From IMG/VR virus record IMGVR_UViG_3300018050_000401, positions 1,721 to 65,720 of that record: a stretch of 64,000 bases of DNA; one strand, 5' to 3'. The position numbers and the translations under genes are program-made. Origin of the DNA: a virus. The notes under the pieces were generated by a model that did not search any database, had not been told where the DNA came from, and saw only the letters and a program-made list of their open reading frames with translations. Of the stretch, positions 50,411 to 58,796 are shown piece after piece (the stretch's first letter is position 1; every line of letters starts with the position of its first letter).

Positions 50411-50629
50411 TTATAACCTATAAGTTACTCTACCTTTTGTAAGGTCATATGGGCTGACTTCTATCTTAACTTTGTCGCCTAGAATGATCCTAATCTTGTG
50501 CTGTTTTAACTTACCGCCCATGTAACAGAGTATAATTTGATTCATGTTATCAACCTTTACTCTAAACATGTTACCCGGTAGTACTTCGTCAACTGTGCCT
50601 GTGAGTTCTAAAATGTCGTCTTTAGCCAT
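50411..50629 (-). CDS. infA: Translation initiation factor IF-1 homolog (S1-like OB fold)
   Basis: MAKDDILELTGTVDEVLPGNMFRVKVDNMNQIILCYMGGKLKQHKIRIILGDKVKIEVSPYDLTKGRVTYRL aligns residue for residue with bacterial IF-1 (AKEDxIExxGxVxExLPNxMFRVxLENGHxVxAHISGKMRKxxIRILxGDKVxVExxPYDLxKGRI). Confidence 0.8.
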   Translation of the reverse strand: MAKDDILELTGTVDEVLPGNMFRVKVDNMNQIILCYMGGKLKQHKIRIILGDKVKIEVSPYDLTKGRVTYRL

Positions 50630-50807
50630 TCTTAGTTACTACGATTTTACCGTCCTCTAGTTTGATATCCAAAACGTCCCCTTCTTTCCATCCAGTAAGT
50701 TTTAATACTTCGTCTGGAAACTTCATCATGACATTTTCAGGATCTCCTGGGATTTCTTGAAAAATGTCTTCTGCTGTAAAAATGAATTTTTCGTTTTCTT
50801 GTTCCAT
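50622..50807 (-). CDS. Small protein (61 aa), possible swapped-hairpin/AbrB-like fold
   Basis: C-terminal ...KEGDVLDIKLEDGKIVVTKNG pattern. Weak assignment. Confidence 0.35.
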   Translation of the reverse strand: MEQENEKFIFTAEDIFQEIPGDPENVMMKFPDEVLKLTGWKEGDVLDIKLEDGKIVVTKNG

Positions 50808-50814
50808 GGTATAT

Positions 50815-51369
50815 TTATTTTGTTAATTCGTCATCAGAGTAAGGTACTGGCCTCCACCCTAATTTATTCAAGTCGAATTCGATTTCTTCAGTTACACAAC
50901 CTTCAGGGACATAGCCCGTGCGCTTTTGCCATTCTTCATTAGTTTCTTCACCTTCGTACTCTTGATTGAGTCCACCCATACCTGAACAGTACCAATCAAT
51001 GTAATCACCTTCTTGACGCATGTCAGCAATTATACCGCCAGCATATCTCCAAGAGCAACTCCAAGTTTCACCTTTTAGTTCTTGCCAAAACTCACGGCTT
51101 TGCCATTGCATATTGCACATGGCAGCATATAGGTTTTGGGCGTAGGCATCGCTTTGGCGCACTTTGTCTAGCATCCACTCGCAAGTACGGAGGTCATACT
51201 CCATGTCGTTCTTGTGTTCTTTCTCAGCCCATTCAGCATCTTGCTTGGCTGTGTTTTCCCACATTTCGAGATATGCTTTGCTAGGTTCCTTGCCGTCTTT
51301 AGCACATCGTTCTAGATATGCTTCCTTTTGAAAGGTATGACGCTGGGGACTAGAAGATACAGGTTTCAA
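50815..51369 (-). CDS. Hypothetical Trp/Glu-rich protein (184 aa)
   Basis: Long ORF. No motif recognised. Confidence 0.45.
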   Translation of the reverse strand: MKPVSSSPQRHTFQKEAYLERCAKDGKEPSKAYLEMWENTAKQDAEWAEKEHKNDMEYDLRTCEWMLDKVRQSDAYAQNLYAAMCNMQWQSREFWQELKGETWSCSWRYAGGIIADMRQEGDYIDWYCSGMGGLNQEYEGEETNEEWQKRTGYVPEGCVTEEIEFDLNKLGWRPVPYSDDELTK

Positions 51370-51722
51370 TGAAAGTCTCCTCGGAAACAGTGAAGAACTT
51401 CATGACCGACATTGTGAATGGTTGCCATACGTGGAGTGACAATAATACACTCTTTACCTTCCCAGAATGAACAGGCTTGTATGTTGTAGTTGAAAACTTT
51501 GCCTCCGCGGCGTACACTTTCTTCGCTACAGGCCTTGTTAACATCTTTTACAACCTTCCAACGCAAACGCACATCCATGACTTCGTTTTTTGTTGCATCA
51601 AATCGTGTCTCAGGATTTTCCCAACCAACGAAAGTCATAACCGGACCTTGGTCGCGTTCTTGTCCAACAAGAAAGAATACTGCAATTAAAGCTATACAAG
51701 TACCAAAAATTGCCTTTTTCAT
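51366..51722 (-). CDS. Secreted protein (118 aa)
   Basis: Signal peptide MKKAIFGTCIALIAVFFLVG. Confidence 0.45.
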   Translation of the reverse strand: MKKAIFGTCIALIAVFFLVGQERDQGPVMTFVGWENPETRFDATKNEVMDVRLRWKVVKDVNKACSEESVRRGGKVFNYNIQACSFWEGKECIIVTPRMATIHNVGHEVLHCFRGDFH

Positions 51723-51746
51723 GTGTGCCTCTGTGTGTTGTTAATC

Positions 51747-51859
51747 TGGTGTAGACGGTAGGATTCGAACCTACAAAGCCGCCATATTGACTAGGCCCGT
51801 TCCCCCTGTGGCCGTTCGTTACACCACAGGGGAGGTCTACCAATTCCACTCACGTCTAC
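51747..51859 (-). tRNA. Atypically long (113 nt) tRNA-like gene with CCA end, Leu/Ser/Tyr-type D-loop and an extra 9-bp hairpin
   Basis: Minus strand: GTAGACG acceptor 5' arm pairs with CGTCTAC-A-CCA. D-loop GGAATTGGTAGAC. T-arm GTAGG-TTCGAAT-CCTAC. Central region contains the CCCCTGTGG/CCACAGGGG helix. Too long for a standard type-II tRNA. Confidence 0.5.
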
Positions 51860-51935
51860 ATTGTTAGTATATATTCAATTTTGGTAAAAGTCAACTTATT
51901 TTGGTACCTGTATAAACTACTGTTAAATACACCTG

Positions 51936-52910
51936 ATGAGCTTTAACCAAATACCATTCGAACACATAGTCCGTTTTGGACAGCAGACTATGCTGGACAG
52001 ACCCTTGTTTTCAGTTAGTTGGATACTAGGTCGGTTTTGCAATTATAAATGTTCCTACTGCTGGCCCTATGCTAGAAGTGATCAATTAGATTATCAATCT
52101 CTAGATGTTTACAAGTATACAGTCGATGAGATAAAACGTCAAGCCCAAAATAACGGGTTTACAGAGTTCCATTGGAGCTTTAGCGGTGGCGAACCTACAG
52201 CATATAAAGAACTATTAGATTTGGTTAGATACCTTGAAACAGACAAACGAAGTACATACCAAAGTATCCACATGACTACAAATTTAAGTCCAGGATCTAA
52301 ATGGTGGAAAACTTGGTGCGATATCACATCAACTCTACAGCGCCGAAGCATTACTGCCAGCTATCACGCAGAGTTTGCTAAAGAACAAGAGTTTGGAGAT
52401 AAGTGCTTACAGTTAATGTATGAAAATGTTTTTGTTACTGTTAATCAAGTAATGGTTCCGGAAAAGTTTTATGAGCTATATGATCGTATGTCTAGGTTAC
52501 ATCAACGAGGCATTAATGTTACCTTGAAGCCGCAAAGCAACGAAACCGCTAGTGCTATTGTAGACGGTTATACAGAAGACATGATACACAAAATGCAAAC
52601 TGGTTTTCCGCAAACAGCACATAATGAAGAAGTGTACCAAATAAGACTTAACGACGGATTTAAAGATTATTATTTTGACCAAGCCGAAAGATTCAATGCT
52701 TTTGGATTTAATAAGTTTAAAGGTTGGACTTGCAATAGCGGCTATCAAAGTGTTATAATTAGAGGTAATGAAGTTAAACGTAGTTACAGTTGCCACGATG
52801 TACCGTTAGGAACTCTAAAAGACTTTACCTTGTTTAAGGAACCAGTTAAATGTATTACACCCAGTTGTGTCAGCTCGGCAGATAGTAAGATACCAAAATG
52901 TCGAGATTAA
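51936..52910 (+). CDS. Radical SAM enzyme with C-terminal SPASM-like domain (324 aa)
   Basis: ILGRFCNYKCSYCWPY CxxxCxxC. FSGGEPT. C-terminal KGWTCNSG...C...C..C...C SPASM/twitch-like cysteines. First gene of a plus-strand operon. Confidence 0.75.
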   Translation: MSFNQIPFEHIVRFGQQTMLDRPLFSVSWILGRFCNYKCSYCWPYARSDQLDYQSLDVYKYTVDEIKRQAQNNGFTEFHWSFSGGEPTAYKELLDLVRYLETDKRSTYQSIHMTTNLSPGSKWWKTWCDITSTLQRRSITASYHAEFAKEQEFGDKCLQLMYENVFVTVNQVMVPEKFYELYDRMSRLHQRGINVTLKPQSNETASAIVDGYTEDMIHKMQTGFPQTAHNEEVYQIRLNDGFKDYYFDQAERFNAFGFNKFKGWTCNSGYQSVIIRGNEVKRSYSCHDVPLGTLKDFTLFKEPVKCITPSCVSSADSKIPKCRD

Positions 52911-53563
52911 TTGTATTTGGATGCTCTATGTGTTACGGAGTTGGGTTACCTGATTGCTGGCCACCAACGTCTACACCTAGTAAGTTATGTTGGCCAGAAA
53001 TAGTTGCCAAAGCATTGGGATATCAGTGTGTAAACATGTCAGCATCTGGATCTGGTAACAAAGCAATTTGGTATAAGATTAAGAATTTTAAATTTGAGGA
53101 AGACGACCTTGTTTTGATTTTGTGGTCTTTTCCTAACAGGTATACACTAATAGAAGGACCTAACAACATAAAACATTTGCATCATAATAATTACGATGAG
53201 TTATCAGTTGCATATTATAATAACTTATACGACGAGTATGATTCCCAAGTGATGTCAGAGTTATTTGTTGACCATGCAAATTATATTTTGAATTCGAAGA
53301 AAGTAAATTTTTATCAAATGGCAGTTAAAAAGCGATATTGGAAAATGTTTAAAGATCACCGCTATCTAAAAATAACAATGGATGCGTATGAAACATTATA
53401 CCCAAGAGCACTAGACAACAGTCATGCAGGAATAGAAGGGCACAAAGCATTTTCTAAAGATTTGTTAGATATGCTTGGTTATAAAAATACTTTACCTAAA
53501 GTATCCCCTCCTAGATTTATAAACAAAATAAAACTTCCGTTATGGAAGTTATTCATTTGGTGA
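52898..53563 (+). CDS. SGNH/GDSL-like hydrolase-fold protein (221 aa)
   Basis: Block I-like IVFGCSMCYG, GSGN (block III-like), DNSHAGIEGH (DxxH-like). Divergent from canonical GDSL. Confidence 0.4.
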   Translation: MSRLIVFGCSMCYGVGLPDCWPPTSTPSKLCWPEIVAKALGYQCVNMSASGSGNKAIWYKIKNFKFEEDDLVLILWSFPNRYTLIEGPNNIKHLHHNNYDELSVAYYNNLYDEYDSQVMSELFVDHANYILNSKKVNFYQMAVKKRYWKMFKDHRYLKITMDAYETLYPRALDNSHAGIEGHKAFSKDLLDMLGYKNTLPKVSPPRFINKIKLPLWKLFIW

Positions 53564-53566
53564 CGT

Positions 53567-54169
53567 ATGAACATTGACCTAGATCATTTACATCATTGGA
53601 TGTGTGCTATTAGAGAAAGCAAAGATCCTATGAGAACATTAGATGCGTTCTGGAGCGGCCAGATACGCAGTAAAGAATGGCTGATTTCGGAACTACAACG
53701 GCTTAGATGCCACGTTGACGACTGGCCTTCTGTAGATATTCATGGAGGATGGGTTGGTGTACTTGCCAGTATGTTATTTCAAAGCAACCTTTACATTAAA
53801 AATATAAGAAGCATTGATATTGATCCTACGTGCGAACCTGTCGCTAACCGTATGAATCAACTTGAACTAGAAACAGGTAAGTTCAGAGCAGTGACAGCTG
53901 ACATGTGTTCTATCCGAAGCGATGCAGATATTGTAATTAATACTAGTTGCGAACATATTACACAAGATGAGTTTGACCTATGGAAGAGCGGTTTGCCACA
54001 AAACAGTCTTTTAATTTTACAGGGTAACAATTATAGTATACCAGAACATAAAAGAATTTCCAGTTCATTAGATGATTTTAAAACTCAGTGCAATTTAGAT
54101 AATGTTTGGTATGCAGGCAAATTAGAATTGCCTTCTTATACACGCTTTATGGTAATTGGTAAAAAATAA
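53567..54169 (+). CDS. Class I SAM-dependent methyltransferase-like protein (200 aa)
   Basis: Motif I-like VDIHGGWVGVLASML, motif II/III-like IDIDP...ADIVINTSCEH. Confidence 0.5.
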   Translation: MNIDLDHLHHWMCAIRESKDPMRTLDAFWSGQIRSKEWLISELQRLRCHVDDWPSVDIHGGWVGVLASMLFQSNLYIKNIRSIDIDPTCEPVANRMNQLELETGKFRAVTADMCSIRSDADIVINTSCEHITQDEFDLWKSGLPQNSLLILQGNNYSIPEHKRISSSLDDFKTQCNLDNVWYAGKLELPSYTRFMVIGKK

Positions 54170-55218
54170 TGTATCAAGTAACTGCCGTACATATTGAATT
54201 AACTGACAAGTGCCAGGCCGCATGTCCAATGTGTGCTAGGAATCACAACGGCGGCAGTGAACGACCTTTTATTAAGAATACAGAAATTACATTTGATAAT
54301 TTTAAACAATGGTTCCCAACTTCGTTCCTTTCTAAATTAAACAATTTTTATAGTTGCGGAAACTACGGTGATCCTGCATTTGCTACAGACTGTTTTGAAA
54401 TATATGACTATGTTAGAAATGCAAGTCCTACTGCTAGGTTAGCCATGCATACTAACGGTAGTTTAAGAAAGTCACAGTGGTGGGCAGACTTGGCAAAAGT
54501 AATGGGACAAAATGGAGAAGTTATCTTTGCTGTTGACGGATTTAAAGGAAAGCACGAATTATACAGGCGCCACACGGACTTTGACAAAATAATTGAAAAT
54601 ATAAAAGCGTATGTCGGTGCTGGCGGAATTGCTAGAGTTGATAGTTTAATTTTTAAACACAATGAATCAGATGTTGAACAGTTAGAAAATTTTTTATTAG
54701 AACTGGGTGTAAAGTCTGTTAACTTTAAAAGCACAAAAAGATTCTACAACATGGATTCTTTTCCTGTGTACAATCGAGACAATACGTTTGCATATAATAT
54801 CTATCCTGCAGAAACACCTAATTTTAAACAAGAAGTAAAGATTCCTTTAGAAAACTTTTTAGACAAATCTTTTACAAAAAAAGTTATGGAGGAATCGTTA
54901 ATTAATCCACAATGTGTTAATAAACAAGAAATTTATGTTGACCCGCATGGTAACATATTACCGTGTTGTTATATTGGAAGTGATTATCTAGAACAGCCGT
55001 TAGAAGAAAAAATGGTTATACAGACACTTAGAAATATAACAGTTAACAATTCTAAACAAATGATGAACGCCATCGGTGTCCCTAATCTACATAATGCAAA
55101 TATAGAAGAACTACTAAGTCAACCAGGACTATGGGAAGATTTAGAAAATTATTGGACTGGAAAAGACAAATGTATGACCTGTGTTAAAACTTGTTCTAGT
55201 CAGCTTTACGATCTATAA
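54169..55218 (+). CDS. Radical SAM enzyme with SPASM domain (349 aa)
   Basis: LTDKCQAACPMCAR CxxxCxxC. C-terminal PCCYIGSD...CMTCVKTC SPASM-type cysteines. Confidence 0.75.
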   Translation: MYQVTAVHIELTDKCQAACPMCARNHNGGSERPFIKNTEITFDNFKQWFPTSFLSKLNNFYSCGNYGDPAFATDCFEIYDYVRNASPTARLAMHTNGSLRKSQWWADLAKVMGQNGEVIFAVDGFKGKHELYRRHTDFDKIIENIKAYVGAGGIARVDSLIFKHNESDVEQLENFLLELGVKSVNFKSTKRFYNMDSFPVYNRDNTFAYNIYPAETPNFKQEVKIPLENFLDKSFTKKVMEESLINPQCVNKQEIYVDPHGNILPCCYIGSDYLEQPLEEKMVIQTLRNITVNNSKQMMNAIGVPNLHNANIEELLSQPGLWEDLENYWTGKDKCMTCVKTCSSQLYDL

Positions 55219-55942
55219 ATTTCAGCCATCCAAATTTTTCAAACAGTCTTGCATACCAATAAAACAAATCAAACTCAAACCATTTAATTCCAACATTTGC
55301 TCTATTAGGATATACATGGTGGTTGCTGTGCAGTTCAGCCATACCTCCAAAATAAATTCCTAACGGAAACATATTAAATGATCTATCAGGATATTTGTTT
55401 CCTTCGTGTCGATACAGGCCAACTTTATGTGGTAGCCATGCACTTAGTAATACAAGGCCTACTTTGTCGGAAAACCACATAAGCATTGGCGCAACTACTA
55501 AGCCTATCCACCCAAACAACATGCCATATATTAACGAAATCAAAACTATTCCGCCATACGGATATTTTGAATAGACATTGCGTTGCATCCAGTCATCGTA
55601 TATAGGAACATCTGGTGCATGGTCTAGATGTGTATTTGGATCAACCCTTTTAAAATACGGATTGTGATTAGCGTTGAATAGGCCCTTTAATGAAATATGA
55701 TAAGGAGAATGACTATCATTTTCCGAATCGCTGTTTTTATGATGTAGTCTGTGTGTACCAGCAGACATCCTTAACCATTGCGGCCAAGTACCCCACCGGA
55801 TAGTCCAAAGTATAAATCTACAAACATGTTCAAAGCCAGGTGACACTTTAAGATATCCGTGAGAATAGCCTCTATGTACTAACATATCCATAGTGAGAAC
55901 TATGATGTGAAAATTTAACAAATAAAAAAAGAATAATTCCAT
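55196..55942 (-). CDS. Membrane di-iron fatty-acid desaturase/hydroxylase-family protein (248 aa)
   Basis: Three His boxes: HRGYSHGY, HRLHHKNSD, HSNHHVYPNRAN. Several TM helices. Confidence 0.6.
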   Translation of the reverse strand: MELFFFYLLNFHIIVLTMDMLVHRGYSHGYLKVSPGFEHVCRFILWTIRWGTWPQWLRMSAGTHRLHHKNSDSENDSHSPYHISLKGLFNANHNPYFKRVDPNTHLDHAPDVPIYDDWMQRNVYSKYPYGGIVLISLIYGMLFGWIGLVVAPMLMWFSDKVGLVLLSAWLPHKVGLYRHEGNKYPDRSFNMFPLGIYFGGMAELHSNHHVYPNRANVGIKWFEFDLFYWYARLFEKFGWLKFIDRKAD

Positions 55943-56619
55943 TATAGTTTTTCAACTTCTAAATTAATGCCGCATTGCTTTATAGACTCAACTGCTTCAT
56001 CAAAGATACTAAAAATGTTTGTGTTCACTAATATTTCCTTTTCGCTTAGTCCTTTAAAACCTGTAATTTCTTTATTTTTTACAGCAGGATTAATAATACG
56101 CATTATTGGTGTATAAGCTAATTGTTTCCAGTTGTAATCTCCGTCAAGCACTTTGATCCTTAGTCCAGCGTTTAATGGATTGTACTTAGGAAGCAACACT
56201 CTAATATTTAAGTGTACTCGTGTGCTTGCACCCCAATTTGCCGCCACATGAATTTTGCCAGTGTCCATGTGCCATATTTCTCCTGTTGCTGGTATATGAT
56301 GAAGATGATTATCTGTGATACTGACTAGGTATGCATATGGATTAGTGATAATAGGCAAGTGTATTCTGTCATCGGGGTCGCAATGTGCTGTATAACTTTC
56401 CCCAGAGTCTAATGATAGCAATCGTGCTTGTCCAATATTTTCTAAAGAATCCAGTACATCGCCCAAAGGAGTATTTTTAAATTCAGCTTTAGTTAACCAT
56501 GGGTCGTTAAAGAATTGCCCAGTGCAAGTATTAAGTTCAAGTCTCTTAAATACGCCAAGAGATTTAACTTGTTCAACAATAGGATCGATATTAAATTTTT
56601 TATCTAATAGTGTTAGCAT
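55942..56619 (-). CDS. Aspartyl/asparaginyl beta-hydroxylase-like cupin (2OG/Fe(II) oxygenase family), 225 aa
   Basis: SYTAHCDPDDRIHLPI (HxD) ...GEIWHMDTGKIHVAANWGASTRVHL matches the AspH-domain facial triad and W.G..fD...H.a.N.s...R pattern. Confidence 0.6.
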   Translation of the reverse strand: MLTLLDKKFNIDPIVEQVKSLGVFKRLELNTCTGQFFNDPWLTKAEFKNTPLGDVLDSLENIGQARLLSLDSGESYTAHCDPDDRIHLPIITNPYAYLVSITDNHLHHIPATGEIWHMDTGKIHVAANWGASTRVHLNIRVLLPKYNPLNAGLRIKVLDGDYNWKQLAYTPIMRIINPAVKNKEITGFKGLSEKEILVNTNIFSIFDEAVESIKQCGINLEVEKL

Positions 56620-58040
56620 AATAAATGCGCCAGTTCAGGAAACACTTTTTTAAAATCTGTATTACGTTGCTGGTCTAAAGCTGTAATGTACTCTTGGAAA
56701 TCGGGAAGCAAGTTTGTGTGATCCTCTGAGTCCATCCAATCTAAAATCCCTTCCCATCGTTTCCATCCGTAAGGGTCAGTATTCCAAAAATGTTCATCAG
56801 TTCTATAGTTTTCTTTTAGCCAAGATTTAAGTTCGACAAATAACCGGCGAACTTCTTCTTTATCTTTTTTAGGTAGTACTCTTAAACTTAACCAAGTAGG
56901 TATCCATACTAAGTGAGCACTAAAGATTCCTCCGCTATGTGTTTCGCCTAGAATGTTATCGTCTAAATTAATTCTTTTAAACCCACTAGTAACTTTCCAC
57001 TTTATAAATTCTGGAATATGTTTAATATTTAATATTTGCACAGCGCAGGCAATGGTAGTTTCTATATTTGATGGTGCGTTGTCAAGTATTGTTAGATTTT
57101 TTACAATAGTATCCCAGTCTGCTGGATATCGGATATAGTGTAATCGTTCACCTATACCATCAATGCTAAACCCATACTTAACTTTTCTAAAGTGTTTCCA
57201 TGTCTCAATGATAGAAGGATCAATTAATATTCCGTTGCTATTATATCGTAGTTCTATTTTAGCGGCATACCCTTGTTTTATAATTTCTTGTAGGAATGTT
57301 TTGTGTTCCTTAATCATTAAAGGTTCGCCACCGGCAAAGTATATTTGTTTAATGTTAGGAATCTGTTCGTATATCTCTTCCCAGAATGCCGGGTTCTCGT
57401 GCCAGCGATTATCAAATCCTGTACGTTGCCAACTAAGTTGCTTTTTAATCAACGGGCTTTGAAAAAGCGGATAAATCTTTTTGTGGTCTTCAACCCACTT
57501 ACTACTATCGTGTGGGCTACACATTACACACTTTAAATTGCAGGTATTGCCTAGTCGTAAATCAATATACTGTAACTTATAAGGAACATAGCCATCTTCT
57601 TGTGTTTGTGATATTAACGCAGGAATGTCTATTCCATGCTTGTGCCATGTGCCAGTTTCCCATATTCTTTTACTGACAACACCGTTGCTTTCTTCTTCAA
57701 AACACTTTTTACAACTTGCGGGAACATTCCCATCGAGCATGGTAGTTCGAACACTACGCATATACTCGTTGTTGAAAGCTTCGCTAGGTAAATCTTTTCC
57801 AAAGTTAGCCGGATCACCGTTTTCTTTTTTAACGAGTCCTACAGTATAGTTTCCGTCTTCTGCACCACTAGCATTGGCTACACAACAGATACGCATATCA
57901 CCGTTTGGGCGTGTTGCTAAATGTATCCACGGTAATACACAAAAACTGGCACTACCAGACACATCTTTGATTTGTTTCTGCCAAGTTCCTATCTGTGTGG
58001 ATTCAGGTTGCATCCAAAATACTGTTTGAGTATTGTCCAT
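56613..58040 (-). CDS. Radical SAM enzyme with N-terminal Cys-rich auxiliary domain (475 aa)
   Basis: RLGNTCNLKCVMCSPHDSSKW, FAGGEPL. N-terminal C...CC...CxxC. Paralog of 35897..37264 and 58797..60032. Confidence 0.75.
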   Translation of the reverse strand: MDNTQTVFWMQPESTQIGTWQKQIKDVSGSASFCVLPWIHLATRPNGDMRICCVANASGAEDGNYTVGLVKKENGDPANFGKDLPSEAFNNEYMRSVRTTMLDGNVPASCKKCFEEESNGVVSKRIWETGTWHKHGIDIPALISQTQEDGYVPYKLQYIDLRLGNTCNLKCVMCSPHDSSKWVEDHKKIYPLFQSPLIKKQLSWQRTGFDNRWHENPAFWEEIYEQIPNIKQIYFAGGEPLMIKEHKTFLQEIIKQGYAAKIELRYNSNGILIDPSIIETWKHFRKVKYGFSIDGIGERLHYIRYPADWDTIVKNLTILDNAPSNIETTIACAVQILNIKHIPEFIKWKVTSGFKRINLDDNILGETHSGGIFSAHLVWIPTWLSLRVLPKKDKEEVRRLFVELKSWLKENYRTDEHFWNTDPYGWKRWEGILDWMDSEDHTNLLPDFQEYITALDQQRNTDFKKVFPELAHLLC

Positions 58041-58078
58041 GAAATATTTATATGCTACTATTATGTAGTAAATATATC

Positions 58079-58786
58079 ATGATTATCCCATTCGAGTCTA
58101 ATTGGAAAAATGTAGCTATCAGTGTAAGTGGCGGTGCGGACTCCGCATTATTGGCATATCTAGTTTGCGAACAAGCCTACGAGCATGACACTACAATTCA
58201 TATTATTAACCATGTGCGTATGTGGAAGACACGCCCGTGGCAACAATATGATGCCGACCGTGTATATAAATGGTTGTTCCAAAGATTCTATCATACAAAT
58301 TTTAAACGCCATACTAACTTTATTGCACCGGATATCGAGTACGGTAATATTGGCCCTAATTTAACCGACGAGTACGGTAAGAAGGTCAGTGGTGATAATA
58401 TACAACAACGAGCATATGGAGAGTTTATTTGTAACAAGTATAATATAGATGCTTACTACAATGCTGTTACTCGAAATCCAAGACTGGCATCTTTCAATGG
58501 TATGCGCGAGCGCGATATTGATCCGAATGAAGATAACAAACACTTAGAAAGAATGACACACATGGGTGTAGAAGTTTTACATCCTTTTAGATTTATTGAC
58601 AAATCTGAAATTGTTAAAAAATATAAAGAATTAAACTTAATGGATTTATTTGAAATAACTCGCAGTTGTGAGGGCGAGTTCGATGGTATTGATTATACAA
58701 CGTATAAGCCAGGACAGGTTGTTCCCATATGCGGTGAATGCTTCTGGTGCAAGGAACGAGAGTGGGCAATTGAACAATCAAAGTAA
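58079..58786 (+). CDS. PP-loop ATP pyrophosphatase, QueC-like (N-type ATP-PPase with C-terminal Cys cluster)
   Basis: PP-loop SGGADS (VAISVSGGADSALLAYL). C-terminal SCEG...PICGECFWCKER (Cx2Cx2C), similar to QueC zinc-site spacing. Start at the internal Met preferred over 58052. Confidence 0.6.
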   Translation: MIIPFESNWKNVAISVSGGADSALLAYLVCEQAYEHDTTIHIINHVRMWKTRPWQQYDADRVYKWLFQRFYHTNFKRHTNFIAPDIEYGNIGPNLTDEYGKKVSGDNIQQRAYGEFICNKYNIDAYYNAVTRNPRLASFNGMRERDIDPNEDNKHLERMTHMGVEVLHPFRFIDKSEIVKKYKELNLMDLFEITRSCEGEFDGIDYTTYKPGQVVPICGECFWCKEREWAIEQSK

Positions 58787-58796
58787 AACATTTTGT

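Noticed and set aside
51747-51859. Reading the tRNA-like element on the plus strand
   Set aside because: Only the minus-strand reading gives a paired acceptor stem ending in ACCA, together with a GTTCGAATCC T-loop.
58040-58080. Start of the PP-loop ORF at 58052 (MLLLCSKYI...)
   Set aside because: The first 9 codons lie in the AT-rich divergent intergenic region shared with the 56613..58040 gene. The Met at 58079 leaves room for a promoter or RBS and starts right at the conserved region.
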